Positions 23,032 to 32,226 of a DNA stretch of 45,524 bases are shown here, one piece after another. The notes under the pieces were generated by a model, which saw only the letters and a program-made list of their open reading frames with translations, did no database searches and was not told where the DNA came from. The stretch lies in IMG/VR virus record IMGVR_UViG_3300029608_000014, one strand, 5' to 3'. Within the stretch, counting starts at the first letter, position 1. Every line of letters begins with the position of its first letter. The position numbers and the translations under genes are program-made. Source of the stretch: a virus.

Positions 23032-23323
23032 TTACATCAAGCGCACAGATTTTCCAGTAAAATACACTGAAATATGGGCGTTGTACCATTTTTGCGTCGA
23101 TCTTGGAATCAAATGCACGATAGAGCGCCTGTACGACGGCTATGCAGTGCGTTTCCCGGACGGAAGTGACTTCGCACAGCATCATGGCACATATGGCGGG
23201 ACGGAAGGATGCGTTGAACCGGCTATCGGGGACTCAGAATTTGACTATACTGCAGTCGGCTTGAACCTCGCGAAGGAGCTCGTGAAGAAACACAAAGGCA
23301 AATTGGAGGCCGACAATGCCTGA
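23024..23323 (+). CDS. Hypothetical early protein
   Basis: ATG 23024; 99 aa. Confidence 0.5.
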   Translation: MTDYIKRTDFPVKYTEIWALYHFCVDLGIKCTIERLYDGYAVRFPDGSDFAQHHGTYGGTEGCVEPAIGDSEFDYTAVGLNLAKELVKKHKGKLEADNA

Positions 23324-23546
23324 CGAATACATCAGCCGCGAAGCGGCACTTATGAAACTAATGCAGGACGGGTGCAGCGCAAAAAACTTGCAATCCATCT
23401 CGGAAATGCCCGCCGCCGACGTTGCGGAGGTAGTGCGGTGCAAGGGCTGTATCGACTACATCGGAGGCATGTGTTTCCGCTGTGGGCTAGGCCATGAGGT
23501 AAGCGTTGATGCAGACGATTTTTGCAGTAGAGGCGTGACCGAATGA
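23316..23546 (+). CDS. Hypothetical Cys-rich small protein
   Basis: VVRCKGCIDYIGGMCFRCG...DFCSRG pattern, common in Firmicutes phages. Confidence 0.5.
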   Translation: MPDEYISREAALMKLMQDGCSAKNLQSISEMPAADVAEVVRCKGCIDYIGGMCFRCGLGHEVSVDADDFCSRGVTE

Positions 23547-23764
23547 GCGGGCTGCGGTTTGCACGCGGTAGTGCGAAAGGAGGAAAGCTGATGCAGGATT
23601 GCTGCTTGACCTGCAAGAACCTTGAATACAGGAAGAACTACGTGTACCCGTATCGGTGCTTGAAGCACAAGGCGGAACGGTTCTCGGAGAAGGAGCTGGA
23701 ACGGATGTACCTGTCCAGTGAGGAATGCAAAGATTACGAAGACATGGATAGGAGGCAGATATGA
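23543..23764 (+). CDS. Hypothetical Cys-rich small protein
   Basis: An alternative and better-supported start is ATG 23591, after AAAGGAGGAAAG. Confidence 0.5.
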   Translation: MSGLRFARGSAKGGKLMQDCCLTCKNLEYRKNYVYPYRCLKHKAERFSEKELERMYLSSEECKDYEDMDRRQI

Positions 23765-24315
23765 TCGTCAAACTTTTGAAGTACCCCACCGATGATGACT
23801 GGGCGTTCGCCAAACAGTGCGCTTTAGTTACCATCGGCAAAGAGATGAAAACAGCACCGGACATGGCGTGGAAACACGCCATTCTTCGGGCGCGGCACAG
23901 CCCCATCCGGACGCTGCAGTTTGCGTTTTATCTTGAAGACGTACCGTACTGGGTAAGCACCCACTTAGCTCGCCACGTCCACGCACAGCCGTTTATCCGC
24001 AGCCAGCGGAACGACCGGCAGGATGCATACGACCGGAACGCAGCGCGGCAGGACGCGCCCGTGGACATGATCTGGTACATGAACGCGGAAGAGCTGATGA
24101 CGGTCATGGAAAAGCGGCTGTGCCATCTGGCGGAGAAGGAGACGCGCAAGGTTGCCAAAAAGATCCGCGAGCTAGTGATTGAGCAATGCCCGGAGTTTGT
24201 CGACCTTTTGGCCCCTCCGTGTGTGCAAACGCTCGTTTGCAGGGAAATGTACCCGTGTAAATACGAAAACATTCTGACATGGAGGGTACCATATGGGAAC
24301 GATACTGGCGATTGA
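23761..24315 (+). CDS. ThyX-like (flavin-dependent thymidylate synthase family) protein with a variant signature
   Basis: RHSPIRTLQFAFYLEDVPYWVSTHLARHVHAQPFIRSQR. This fits the RHRX7S ThyX signature as RHV-X7-S. At 184 aa it is shorter than typical ThyX. Confidence 0.55.
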   Translation: MIVKLLKYPTDDDWAFAKQCALVTIGKEMKTAPDMAWKHAILRARHSPIRTLQFAFYLEDVPYWVSTHLARHVHAQPFIRSQRNDRQDAYDRNAARQDAPVDMIWYMNAEELMTVMEKRLCHLAEKETRKVAKKIRELVIEQCPEFVDLLAPPCVQTLVCREMYPCKYENILTWRVPYGNDTGD

Positions 24316-24802
24316 CCCCGGCAATATTCAATCCGGCTATGTAATCGTAGAGCACGACGGCGAGGGAATTCGCCGCGTGCTGGACGCCGGGAAGAAAGGC
24401 AACAATGAGCTGCTGCCGATGCTTGAGCGTAAGCTTTACGGGAACGGCTACGACGTGGCAATCGAGATGATCGCGGGCATGGGCATGACGGTAGGCCAAG
24501 AGGTTTTTGATACTTGCGTCTGGATCGGGCGGTTCTGGCAAACGATATTGTGGCAGACTGGATATGCGCCGACGCGGATATACCGCCGGGAAGAAAAGCT
24601 GGATCTGTGCGGCTCACTATCTGCCAAAGATGCAAACATCCGGCAGGCCCTCGTTGACCGCTACGCGCCCGGCCAGCCGAACTTCGGAAAGGGAACGAAA
24701 AAGGATCCCGGTTTCTTTTACGGCTTCTCAGCGGATATGTGGGCGGCGATGGCGGTAGCCGTGACGTATTTCGATAAGTACATCAAGGGGGTAAAGCTTT
24801 GA
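24293..24802 (+). CDS. RuvC-like Holliday junction resolvase
   Basis: GGAGGG SD. ILAIDPGNIQSGY, VAIEMI and SADMWAAMAV are acidic catalytic-type motifs. Confidence 0.65.
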   Translation: MGTILAIDPGNIQSGYVIVEHDGEGIRRVLDAGKKGNNELLPMLERKLYGNGYDVAIEMIAGMGMTVGQEVFDTCVWIGRFWQTILWQTGYAPTRIYRREEKLDLCGSLSAKDANIRQALVDRYAPGQPNFGKGTKKDPGFFYGFSADMWAAMAVAVTYFDKYIKGVKL

Positions 24803-25092
24803 ACAAGACGCAGCGAAAGCCGCCAAGACCGCCGATGCAGCTGACGTGCGATGCCTGCGGGAAAACGTTTATGCGCGCACCGTCGAAGTACAAGGAAAAA
24901 TACAATTTTTGCAGCGAAGCGTGCGCCTGGGCGGCACATGGGAAAGCTGTGATGGGGCGGGCGGAGCGCGTGGCGGACAGATACAAGCAGGAGCGCCTAA
25001 AAGACATGACGCGGTGCGCGTCCACGCGGGGCTGCATGCGGACGCTGCGGGACGCAAACCGCGCAAGGCGTGAAGGGAGGCAACATTACTGA
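24799..25092 (+). CDS. Hypothetical zinc-ribbon-like protein
   Basis: TTG 24799 follows AAGGGGG. CDACGK...FCSEAC. Confidence 0.45.
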   Translation: MNKTQRKPPRPPMQLTCDACGKTFMRAPSKYKEKYNFCSEACAWAAHGKAVMGRAERVADRYKQERLKDMTRCASTRGCMRTLRDANRARREGRQHY

Positions 25093-25352
25093 TGAGTGGG
25101 ATCACAGAGCAGGAATATGCGGCGTGGCTGGAAAAGGCGTTACAAGCGCTCTATAAATCCAAGCCGCTTGCAATCGCGATTGTGGCAAAAACGGAAGCGG
25201 GCAATACGCTTACGGGATACTACAATGCGGACGCACAGGACAAGGCCGTGTTTGCCCACCACATCCAAAGCGAGATTGTTCTGGACATTATCAAGGCAAA
25301 TGCCGCGGAAATCAAGGCCATGATGGAGGGCGTAGACGATGGAACAGATTAA
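25092..25352 (+). CDS. Hypothetical protein
   Basis: TGATG junction with the upstream gene; 86 aa. Confidence 0.5.
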   Translation: MSGITEQEYAAWLEKALQALYKSKPLAIAIVAKTEAGNTLTGYYNADAQDKAVFAHHIQSEIVLDIIKANAAEIKAMMEGVDDGTD

Positions 25353-25391
25353 GGGCGCAAAGTACGACGATGAAGACGAGGGCGTTTTCAA

Positions 25392-25682
25392 ATGAGCACG
25401 CCGCGATACGGCTGGTGGGCCTATGCAAAATGGATGATTCGCAGCTATAAGGGCGGCGGGCTGATGACGAGGGCCGAGCGCGCTGCCGTTGAGGATGCAA
25501 TCGCAGAGACGGAACGGCTCGTTGACGGCGCGGAGCGCATCCGGCTCATAGACTTGGTTCTTTGGAAGCGGACGCACACCTTACAGGGCGCTGCGATGGC
25601 GGTTTATGTGTCCGAACGCACCGCGCAGGAGTGGCACAGGCAATTTATTCGCCTTGTGGGGCAAAAAAGAGGGCTTTTATGA
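25392..25682 (+). CDS. RinA/sigma-region-4-like late-gene transcriptional activator
   Basis: RLIDLVLWKRTHTLQGAAMAVYVSERTAQEWHRQFIRLV. Canonical position just upstream of the packaging genes. Confidence 0.55.
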   Translation: MSTPRYGWWAYAKWMIRSYKGGGLMTRAERAAVEDAIAETERLVDGAERIRLIDLVLWKRTHTLQGAAMAVYVSERTAQEWHRQFIRLVGQKRGLL

Positions 25683-25721
25683 AAAAGTCTGCGTCCCAGA
25701 GCCAAATTTAACATTTACTAT

Positions 25722-25750
25722 AAGGGCGTAGAGATCAACTCTACGCCCTT
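25722..25750 (+). terminator. 12-bp hairpin after the early region (weak T tract)
   Basis: aagggcgtagag / ctctacgccctt with a 5-nt loop, followed by cttcatc. Confidence 0.45.
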
Positions 25751-25790
25751 CTTCATCGGCACCGCAGCGTTCTGCGGAAACCTCCTCCTG

Positions 25791-25846
25791 TTCTCGTGTT
25801 CTCCGGTGTGAATAAATATATTTATTCACACACGGAGACACGAGAA
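25791..25846. promoter_or_regulatory. 56-bp imperfect palindrome upstream of the late operon
   Basis: ttctcgtgttctccggtgtgaataaata | tatttattcacacacggagacacgagaa, centred between 25818 and 25819, with one indel per arm. Confidence 0.6.
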
Positions 25847-25896
25847 CGAAAGAATGAGGTGGCTGGCCGGTGATCGGGCTTGATGGGGAGGACAAC

Positions 25897-27090
25897 ATGG
25901 AGGTAAAAAACAGAAAGCTTTCCAGCATTACTGCATACGGGAAAAATGCGAAAAAGCATGACAAGACGCAAATCAACAACGTTGCGGAGAGCATCAAGCA
26001 GTACGGCTTTGTACAGCCAATTGTGATTGACCGTGACGGTGTGATTGTAATCGGCCACTGCCGCGCTATGGCGGCGAAGAAGCTGGGCATGGAAGAAGTG
26101 CCGTGCGTCTGTGTGGACGATCTGACGCCGGAGCAGGTGAACGCCCTGCGGCTCGTGGACAACAAGAGCAACGAGAGCAATTGGGACTTTGACCTGCTGG
26201 CTGATGAACTGCCTGGTCTCGACCTGTCAGCGTTTGACTTTGATTGGGGGCTGCGTGATGAACTCGACACGTCAGTTGTAGAGGACAACTACGACCCTGT
26301 TTTACCGGCAGAGCCGAAGAGTAAACTTGGCGATGTGTACCAGCTTGGAGACCATCGCCTTATGTGCGGAGACAGCACGTCTTTGACAGACGTACAGAAG
26401 CTCGTGGGGGGGGCGCAAATGGATTTGCTGCTCACCGACCCTCCGTACAATGTGGATTATCAGGGCGTCGCCGGGAAGATTAAGAACGACAATATGGAGG
26501 ATACGGCATTTAGACGGTTCCTGACGGATGCCTTCTCCAATGCGGCGATGATTATGAAACCCGGTGCTCCATTTTACATTTGGCACGCAGACAGCGAGGG
26601 GTATAACTTCCGAGGTGCGTGCAGAGATGCGATGCTGCGTGTCCGTCAGTGCCTGATCTGGGTTAAGAACTCTCTTGTGATGGGGAGACAGGATTTCCAG
26701 TGGAAACATGAGCCTTGCCTGTACGGTGAGAGTGAAATTGAAGAGGATGCGCATGAGCCTTGCCTTTACGGATGGACGGAAGGTAAGAAGCATTATTTCT
26801 TCAAGAACCGCAGACAGACAACCGTGTTGAATTTTGATAAGCCTGTCAAATCTGCGGAGCATCCGACCATGAAGCCGATTAAACTGTTCGACTACCAGAT
26901 GCAGTGTTCCAGCAAGCCGGGAGAGAATGTGCTTGACCTGTTTGCTGGTTCTGGCACAACGATCATGGCAGCAGAGCAGAATGGCAGACACGCTTTCTGC
27001 ATGGAGTACGATCCGAAGTATGCTGATGTCATTGTTGACCGTTGGGAGAAGTTTACGGGGAAGAAAGCGGTGTTGTTGAATGACGATTGA
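25897..27090 (+). CDS. ParB-like nuclease domain fused to an N6/N4 DNA methyltransferase
   Basis: GGGGAGGA SD. ParB-N motifs (QPIVIDRDGVIVIGHCR), LLLTDPPYNV, and LDLFAGSGTT. GTG 25870 is an alternative start. Confidence 0.85.
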   Translation: MEVKNRKLSSITAYGKNAKKHDKTQINNVAESIKQYGFVQPIVIDRDGVIVIGHCRAMAAKKLGMEEVPCVCVDDLTPEQVNALRLVDNKSNESNWDFDLLADELPGLDLSAFDFDWGLRDELDTSVVEDNYDPVLPAEPKSKLGDVYQLGDHRLMCGDSTSLTDVQKLVGGAQMDLLLTDPPYNVDYQGVAGKIKNDNMEDTAFRRFLTDAFSNAAMIMKPGAPFYIWHADSEGYNFRGACRDAMLRVRQCLIWVKNSLVMGRQDFQWKHEPCLYGESEIEEDAHEPCLYGWTEGKKHYFFKNRRQTTVLNFDKPVKSAEHPTMKPIKLFDYQMQCSSKPGENVLDLFAGSGTTIMAAEQNGRHAFCMEYDPKYADVIVDRWEKFTGKKAVLLNDD

Positions 27091-27185
27091 AGAAGCGCAG
27101 GCGATCATTGCCAAAACAAATAGCCCGTACCTAAAACGGGACATGGAAAAGTTTATCAAACGCCAGCAAAGAAAGGAGAGCGCGT

Positions 27186-27524
27186 ATGGCAAGGCCAAGA
27201 AAGGAAATAGATCAGAAACAGTTCGAGAACCTCTGCGGCCTGCAATGCACGCTTGAGGAGATCTGCGGTTGGTTTGACGTGACTGATAAAACACTGGATA
27301 GTTGGTGTAAACGCACCTATCATGCCAGTTTTTCCGAGGTATTTAAACAAAAGCGCGGAGCAGGGAAAATTTCACTGCGACGGAACCAGTGGCGGCTTGC
27401 GGAAAAGAACGCGAGCATGGCTATTTGGCTCGGGAAGCAATACTTAGAGCAGCGCGATGAGCCGGAAGAATCCATTGACGCGGAGGATACGGACGCTTAT
27501 CTCAAAGAAGCGGGGATTGAATGA
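27186..27524 (+). CDS. terS: Terminase small subunit
   Basis: AAGGAGAG SD. N-terminal HTH (MARPRKEIDQKQFENLCGLQCTLEEICGWF). ATGA overlap with terL. Confidence 0.7.
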   Translation: MARPRKEIDQKQFENLCGLQCTLEEICGWFDVTDKTLDSWCKRTYHASFSEVFKQKRGAGKISLRRNQWRLAEKNASMAIWLGKQYLEQRDEPEESIDAEDTDAYLKEAGIE

Positions 27525-28765
27525 AAACCAGGACCATCAACCCCGTGTTTGGGGAAAAACACAAGGCGTACATACAGCGCGCAATGCGCTGCACGATCTC
27601 GGTCGCAGAGGGAGCCGTTCGAGCGGGCAAGACCATCGACAACATAGCTGCCTTTGCTGCGCTGATAGAAAAGGGCACGCCGGACAGAATACACCTTGCG
27701 ACAGGCTCCACGGCGGCCAACGCGAAGTTGAACATCGGAGACGCGAATGGATTCGGACTCGAGTATATTTTCCGCGGACGCTGCCGCTGGACGAAGTACA
27801 AAGGCAACGAGGCGCTTGTGATAAAATCTCACAGGCGCGACTATGTGGTGATCTTCGCGGGCGGGGCAAAAGCGGACAGTTTCAAGAAAATTCGCGGCAA
27901 TTCATACGGAATGTGGATTGCGACAGAAATCAACCTGCACCACGAGGACACGATCAAAGAGGCATTTAACCGGCAGCTTGCCGCAAGGCTGCGCCGTGTG
28001 TTCTGGGATTTAAACCCGTCCTCGCCTGGGCACTGGATCTATCAAAACTACATCGATAGATTCCCGGAACGGCTCGGCGGGCAGTACAACTACCAGCATT
28101 TCACCATCCGCGACAACGCAACAATTACGGATGCGCGGCTTGCGGAGATTGAAAGCCAGTATGACGTAAACAGTATCTGGTACAGGAGAGATATCCTTGG
28201 CGCACGGTGTATAGCCGAAGGCCTCGTATACCCGATGTTCGACCGCGAACGCAACGTCGCAAGTGAGCGGGGCGGGCCGGGGCGGTACTGGATCTCATCG
28301 GACTACGGCACACAGAACCCTACCGTCTTTACATTGTGGCGGGAATATGGCGGCAGGGCCGTCATGGAGAAGGAATATTACCACAGCGGACGCGAGAGCG
28401 GGCGGCAGAAGACCGATGAGGAATATTATCAGGACTTAGAGGCATTCGCGGACGGATACCGCATTGAGCGTGTCGTGCTCGACCCATCGGCAGCGTCCTT
28501 TGCCGAGTGCATCCGGCGGCACGGAAAGTTTTCTGTATGGAAAGCAAACAACGCCGTGCTGGACGGCATTCGCTTCACGGGGGCCTGCATCAAAAGCGGC
28601 ATAATCAAATTCCATGAGAGTTGCAAAAACGCGTTTCGGGAATTTGGCCTTTATAGCTGGGACAAAGACGCAGGCGAAGACCGCGTGATAAAAGAAAACG
28701 ACCACGTGTGCGATAGTATCCGCTATTTTTGCATGACCGTTTTGAGGAGAGAAATCAAGAAATGA
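27521..28765 (+). CDS. terL: Terminase large subunit (PBSX/Terminase_3-like)
   Basis: Walker A-like AEGAVRAGKT. Size and position fit. Confidence 0.9.
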   Translation: MKTRTINPVFGEKHKAYIQRAMRCTISVAEGAVRAGKTIDNIAAFAALIEKGTPDRIHLATGSTAANAKLNIGDANGFGLEYIFRGRCRWTKYKGNEALVIKSHRRDYVVIFAGGAKADSFKKIRGNSYGMWIATEINLHHEDTIKEAFNRQLAARLRRVFWDLNPSSPGHWIYQNYIDRFPERLGGQYNYQHFTIRDNATITDARLAEIESQYDVNSIWYRRDILGARCIAEGLVYPMFDRERNVASERGGPGRYWISSDYGTQNPTVFTLWREYGGRAVMEKEYYHSGRESGRQKTDEEYYQDLEAFADGYRIERVVLDPSAASFAECIRRHGKFSVWKANNAVLDGIRFTGACIKSGIIKFHESCKNAFREFGLYSWDKDAGEDRVIKENDHVCDSIRYFCMTVLRREIKK

Positions 28766-30153
28766 ACCTTTTGACAAACATTCGAGGGTGGTTCCGGAAT
28801 ATGCTTTTCCCGCAGGCGGTGGCCGAGCGGGAATTTGGCGCATCTCCGGCGGTCAGCCAGAAGATGGAGCAGAATATAAGCCTCTGGTACGCGATGTTTA
28901 CCGGAAATCCGCCCTGGCAGACGTGCGATGTTACTGCTGTCGGACTTCCGGCAGCGATCTGCCGGGAGATTGCACGACCGACGCTGGCCGAGCTGACGGC
29001 CAACATCACCGGCAGCGCCCGGGCGGATTATCTGAAAGAGTGCTTTGAGCGGGCGGAAGAGAATTTCCACAGCGCCTTAGAGCTGGGACTTGCGCTCGGC
29101 GGTGTGGCATTTAAGCCGTATATCTACGGCGAGCAGCTGCTGGTCGACGTGACCGGCGCGGCGGCATTCCAGCCGACGAAATTTGATCCTGCCGGGCGCT
29201 GCATTGGCGGCATCTTCCGGGATAAGCCCGCGAAGGTGGGCAGGAAATATTATATCCGCCTCGAATCGCACGAGCTGGACGGCACGACATACACGATCCG
29301 CAATAAAGCGTATTACAGCGACGCTTCCGGCACAGTCGGCGCAGAAGCGCCCCTGAACGCCGTCCCGGAATGGGCGGACATTCAGCCGGAGATCGCGATC
29401 CAGAATATGAGCGGGCCGCTCTTCGCGTACCTCCGCCCACCTACAGCCAACACAGCGGATGCAAACAGCCCCTGCGGAATGTCCGTCTACGGAGACGCGG
29501 CTACGGTGCAGCTTATCAAGCAGGCCGACGAGCAGTGGGAGCGCCTGCGCTGGGAATACCGCTCCAGCGAGCGCAAAGTCCTGATGGACGGCACGAGCTC
29601 GACTGCGGACATGTTCAACAAGCGCATGTTCGAGCTTGGGCCGTTCTCCACGTCCGGCGAATTCTTTCAGTACATCGAGCCGCAGATCCGCGACGAGGCG
29701 ATTTACCGAGGCTTCCAGAACACACTCCGCCGCATCGAGTTTAACGTCGGGCTGGCCTATGGCGATATCTCTGATCCGCAGACCGTCGAGAAGACCGCGA
29801 CGGAGATCCGCAACAGCAAGCAGCGCAAATATGTGCTGGTCGACAGCATTCAGACGGCGCTTGAACATACGTTTGACAGCCTGCTCTACGCGCTCGATAC
29901 ATACGCGACGCTCTACAACCTCGCGCCTGCCGGGACGTACAGCGCCGATTACAGCTGGGGCGATTCCATTCTGGACGATGCCGAGAAGAAAGAGCAGGAG
30001 CGGGCCAACGACCGGCTCGACCTCGCTGACGGTATCCTCAACGACTGGGAATACCGCGCGAAATGGTACGGCGAGGACGAAGCGACTGCAAAGGCAATGC
30101 TGCCGAAAGCGCAGGACATGGTAGACGAGAATGCGCCGACTGAGATCGAATGA
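28762..30153 (+). CDS. Portal protein
   Basis: ATGA overlap with terL; 463 aa; followed by a Mu-F-like head morphogenesis gene. Confidence 0.85.
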   Translation: MNLLTNIRGWFRNMLFPQAVAEREFGASPAVSQKMEQNISLWYAMFTGNPPWQTCDVTAVGLPAAICREIARPTLAELTANITGSARADYLKECFERAEENFHSALELGLALGGVAFKPYIYGEQLLVDVTGAAAFQPTKFDPAGRCIGGIFRDKPAKVGRKYYIRLESHELDGTTYTIRNKAYYSDASGTVGAEAPLNAVPEWADIQPEIAIQNMSGPLFAYLRPPTANTADANSPCGMSVYGDAATVQLIKQADEQWERLRWEYRSSERKVLMDGTSSTADMFNKRMFELGPFSTSGEFFQYIEPQIRDEAIYRGFQNTLRRIEFNVGLAYGDISDPQTVEKTATEIRNSKQRKYVLVDSIQTALEHTFDSLLYALDTYATLYNLAPAGTYSADYSWGDSILDDAEKKEQERANDRLDLADGILNDWEYRAKWYGEDEATAKAMLPKAQDMVDENAPTEIE

Positions 30154-31679
30154 GAAAAGCCAAGTACCCGTTCAAACCCGAACTGCTCGATGCCCTCCCG
30201 GAAGAACTCGCAGAGTTGTTCCGGGCATTGGAAGATACTCTGCTGGATGAAGTCTGCTCCCGGCTTAAAATTGCCGATCAGCTGAACGAAGTCACGGTAC
30301 AGGATATCCGGGCGCTGCGGTCGCACGGCATTGATCTCAAGAAGATCAAAAGGGCCATCCAGAAGACGGCGGACGTCAGCGAGGAAAAACTGAACAAGCT
30401 GCTCGACGATGTTGTGGAGCGCAACCAGCGTTATTACAACGACCTTATCACGCTGGCCGATGTGACGAAGCCTGGCCGGCTGGTCGACGCTTCCGATATC
30501 GACGCGATCCGCAAGCAGACGCTCGGAGAAGTCAGAAATCTGACGCAATCCATGGGCTTCCTGGTCGACAATGGCCGGAAGATGCTTCCACCTGCGCAGG
30601 CATATCAGCGGGCCTTAGATTCGTCAACGCTGCAAATTCAGAGCGGGGCGATCAGTTATAATCAGGCTATTGCCAACGCCGTCAAGCAGCTGGCCGAGAG
30701 CGGAATCAAAGTTGTGGACTATGAGAGCGGGCACACGGATCAGATCGACGTGGCCGCGCGCAGGGCCGTGATGACCGGCGTGGCGCAGATCTGCGACAGG
30801 TATTCCGACCAGTCGGCGGAATATATGGATACCCGGTATTTTGAGATCACGGCGCACTCAGGAGCGCGAGATAAGCCCGGCCCGTCCCCGTGGTCGAGCC
30901 ATAAGGCGTGGCAAGGCCGGATCTATTACAAAAGCGAAAACGAAGAGCCTGACCCGCTTGGGCAGTACAAGGATCTCGTGGAGACAACCGGCTATGGCTA
31001 TGTAGACGGCCTGACCGGGGCAAACTGCCGGCATTATAAGCATGCCTATATTCCTGGCGTCATGGAGCCTACCTATACCGAGGAGCAGCTGGAACACATT
31101 GATGATGGTCTCGGCTGCGAGTTTGACGGGAAGAAATATACCGCATACGAAGCGACCCAGATGCAAAGACGGCTCGAACGGTCGATTCGCAAGCAGAAGC
31201 GTTTGAAAAACGCCTATAAAGCCTCCGGACTTAAGGACGAAGAGACTGCCGCCGCAGCAAAGCTGCGCCGCCTGAACACGAAATACCATGATTTCAGCAA
31301 TGCCGCAGGGCTGCCGGAGCAGCCGGAGCGGACAAGGATTCTGTACACAGACGCAAAATCCGAGGCTGCGGCCAGTGCGGCGAAAGCAGCAAAACCAATC
31401 ACAAGGCTGCAAGAAACGCTGGACGTGAAAACGGAGATTGTGAACGGCGTTGTCCCGAAGGGATCAGAAATTGGCTCTATTCGAGAAATAGCTGGCGGAG
31501 ATTCCGGGAAACAGTTGAAAGTTGCGAGTTTCCTTTCTGAAAACTACGGCGGGGAACCGTTGCAATGGCGGAAAATGGGCGGTATAATACAAACAGACAA
31601 TTTCCGATATGATGTTCACTGGTTTGAGCAAAATGGGAAGCACTTTGAAGAAAAGCTGAAAGGGGTGAAGAGAAAATGA
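30150..31679 (+). CDS. Head morphogenesis / minor capsid protein (Mu F / SPP1 gp7-like)
   Basis: ITAHSGARDKPGPSPWSSHKAWQGRIYY and GANCRHYKHAYIPG motifs. Confidence 0.8.
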   Translation: MRKAKYPFKPELLDALPEELAELFRALEDTLLDEVCSRLKIADQLNEVTVQDIRALRSHGIDLKKIKRAIQKTADVSEEKLNKLLDDVVERNQRYYNDLITLADVTKPGRLVDASDIDAIRKQTLGEVRNLTQSMGFLVDNGRKMLPPAQAYQRALDSSTLQIQSGAISYNQAIANAVKQLAESGIKVVDYESGHTDQIDVAARRAVMTGVAQICDRYSDQSAEYMDTRYFEITAHSGARDKPGPSPWSSHKAWQGRIYYKSENEEPDPLGQYKDLVETTGYGYVDGLTGANCRHYKHAYIPGVMEPTYTEEQLEHIDDGLGCEFDGKKYTAYEATQMQRRLERSIRKQKRLKNAYKASGLKDEETAAAAKLRRLNTKYHDFSNAAGLPEQPERTRILYTDAKSEAAASAAKAAKPITRLQETLDVKTEIVNGVVPKGSEIGSIREIAGGDSGKQLKVASFLSENYGGEPLQWRKMGGIIQTDNFRYDVHWFEQNGKHFEEKLKGVKRK

Positions 31680-31924
31680 AGGTGAGATATAAAGGGCCGA
31701 CGTTCGGCGGCGGTTTTCTCGGGCTGACGGATGGAAAAACCTATGAATGCGTGGGGGTCGAATATGATCTGCTCCGCATCATAGATGATGAGGGCGAGGA
31801 CTACCTTTATTCCGCTTCAGCCCCTGCGCCGCTCAACGGAAAAACCAAGCCGGGCAAATGGGAAGTGGTAGAAGATGACGAGCGGGGAACGCTTTCAAGG
31901 CTGATTTCTAAGGAGAACGCATGA
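31676..31924 (+). CDS. Hypothetical protein
   Basis: ATGA overlap with the upstream gene; 82 aa. Confidence 0.5.
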   Translation: MKVRYKGPTFGGGFLGLTDGKTYECVGVEYDLLRIIDDEGEDYLYSASAPAPLNGKTKPGKWEVVEDDERGTLSRLISKENA

Positions 31925-32049
31925 TCGACGAAAAACTGAAAGCCGCCATCGAGCGGGCGCTTGCCGCCGGATTCCGCGTCCAACTGAAGCGCATGAAGGA
32001 TGGAACAGTCAAGGCGCAGATCATCAAGGCGGAAGAACTGAAAAAATAA
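31921..32049 (+). CDS. Possible 42-aa ORF (not in the ORF track)
   Basis: AAGGAG lies 5 nt upstream, with an ATGA overlap. I translated it as MIDEKLKAAIERALAAGFRVQLKRMKDGTVKAQIIKAEELKK. Confidence 0.4.
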   Translation: MIDEKLKAAIERALAAGFRVQLKRMKDGTVKAQIIKAEELKK

Positions 32050-32091
32050 TACAGATACCGCAGCACAATCGAGCGCGCGGAATGGCACGAT

Positions 32092-32136
32092 GAGCCAACC
32101 TGTAAGGATTTCTTACAGGTTGGCTCTTTTTGTTTT
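32092..32136 (+). terminator. Strong intrinsic terminator inside the late region
   Basis: Perfect 15-bp stem gagccaacctgtaag / cttacaggttggctc, 5-nt loop, then tttttgtttt. Confidence 0.85.
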
Positions 32137-32226
32137 ATCAAATCTTGACCGGCCCGAAGTCGCTAAACTACGGGGCAGCAGCGGACGCGACCCGCGAGAA
32201 CAAAGCGAAGCTGTGAAGGAGAACCC

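Noticed and set aside
27081-27257. 58-aa ORF overlapping the end of the ParB-methyltransferase gene and the start of terS
   Set aside because: It overlaps terS by about 70 nt in another frame, and its C-terminal half looks like out-of-frame noise. A shorter peptide cannot be excluded.
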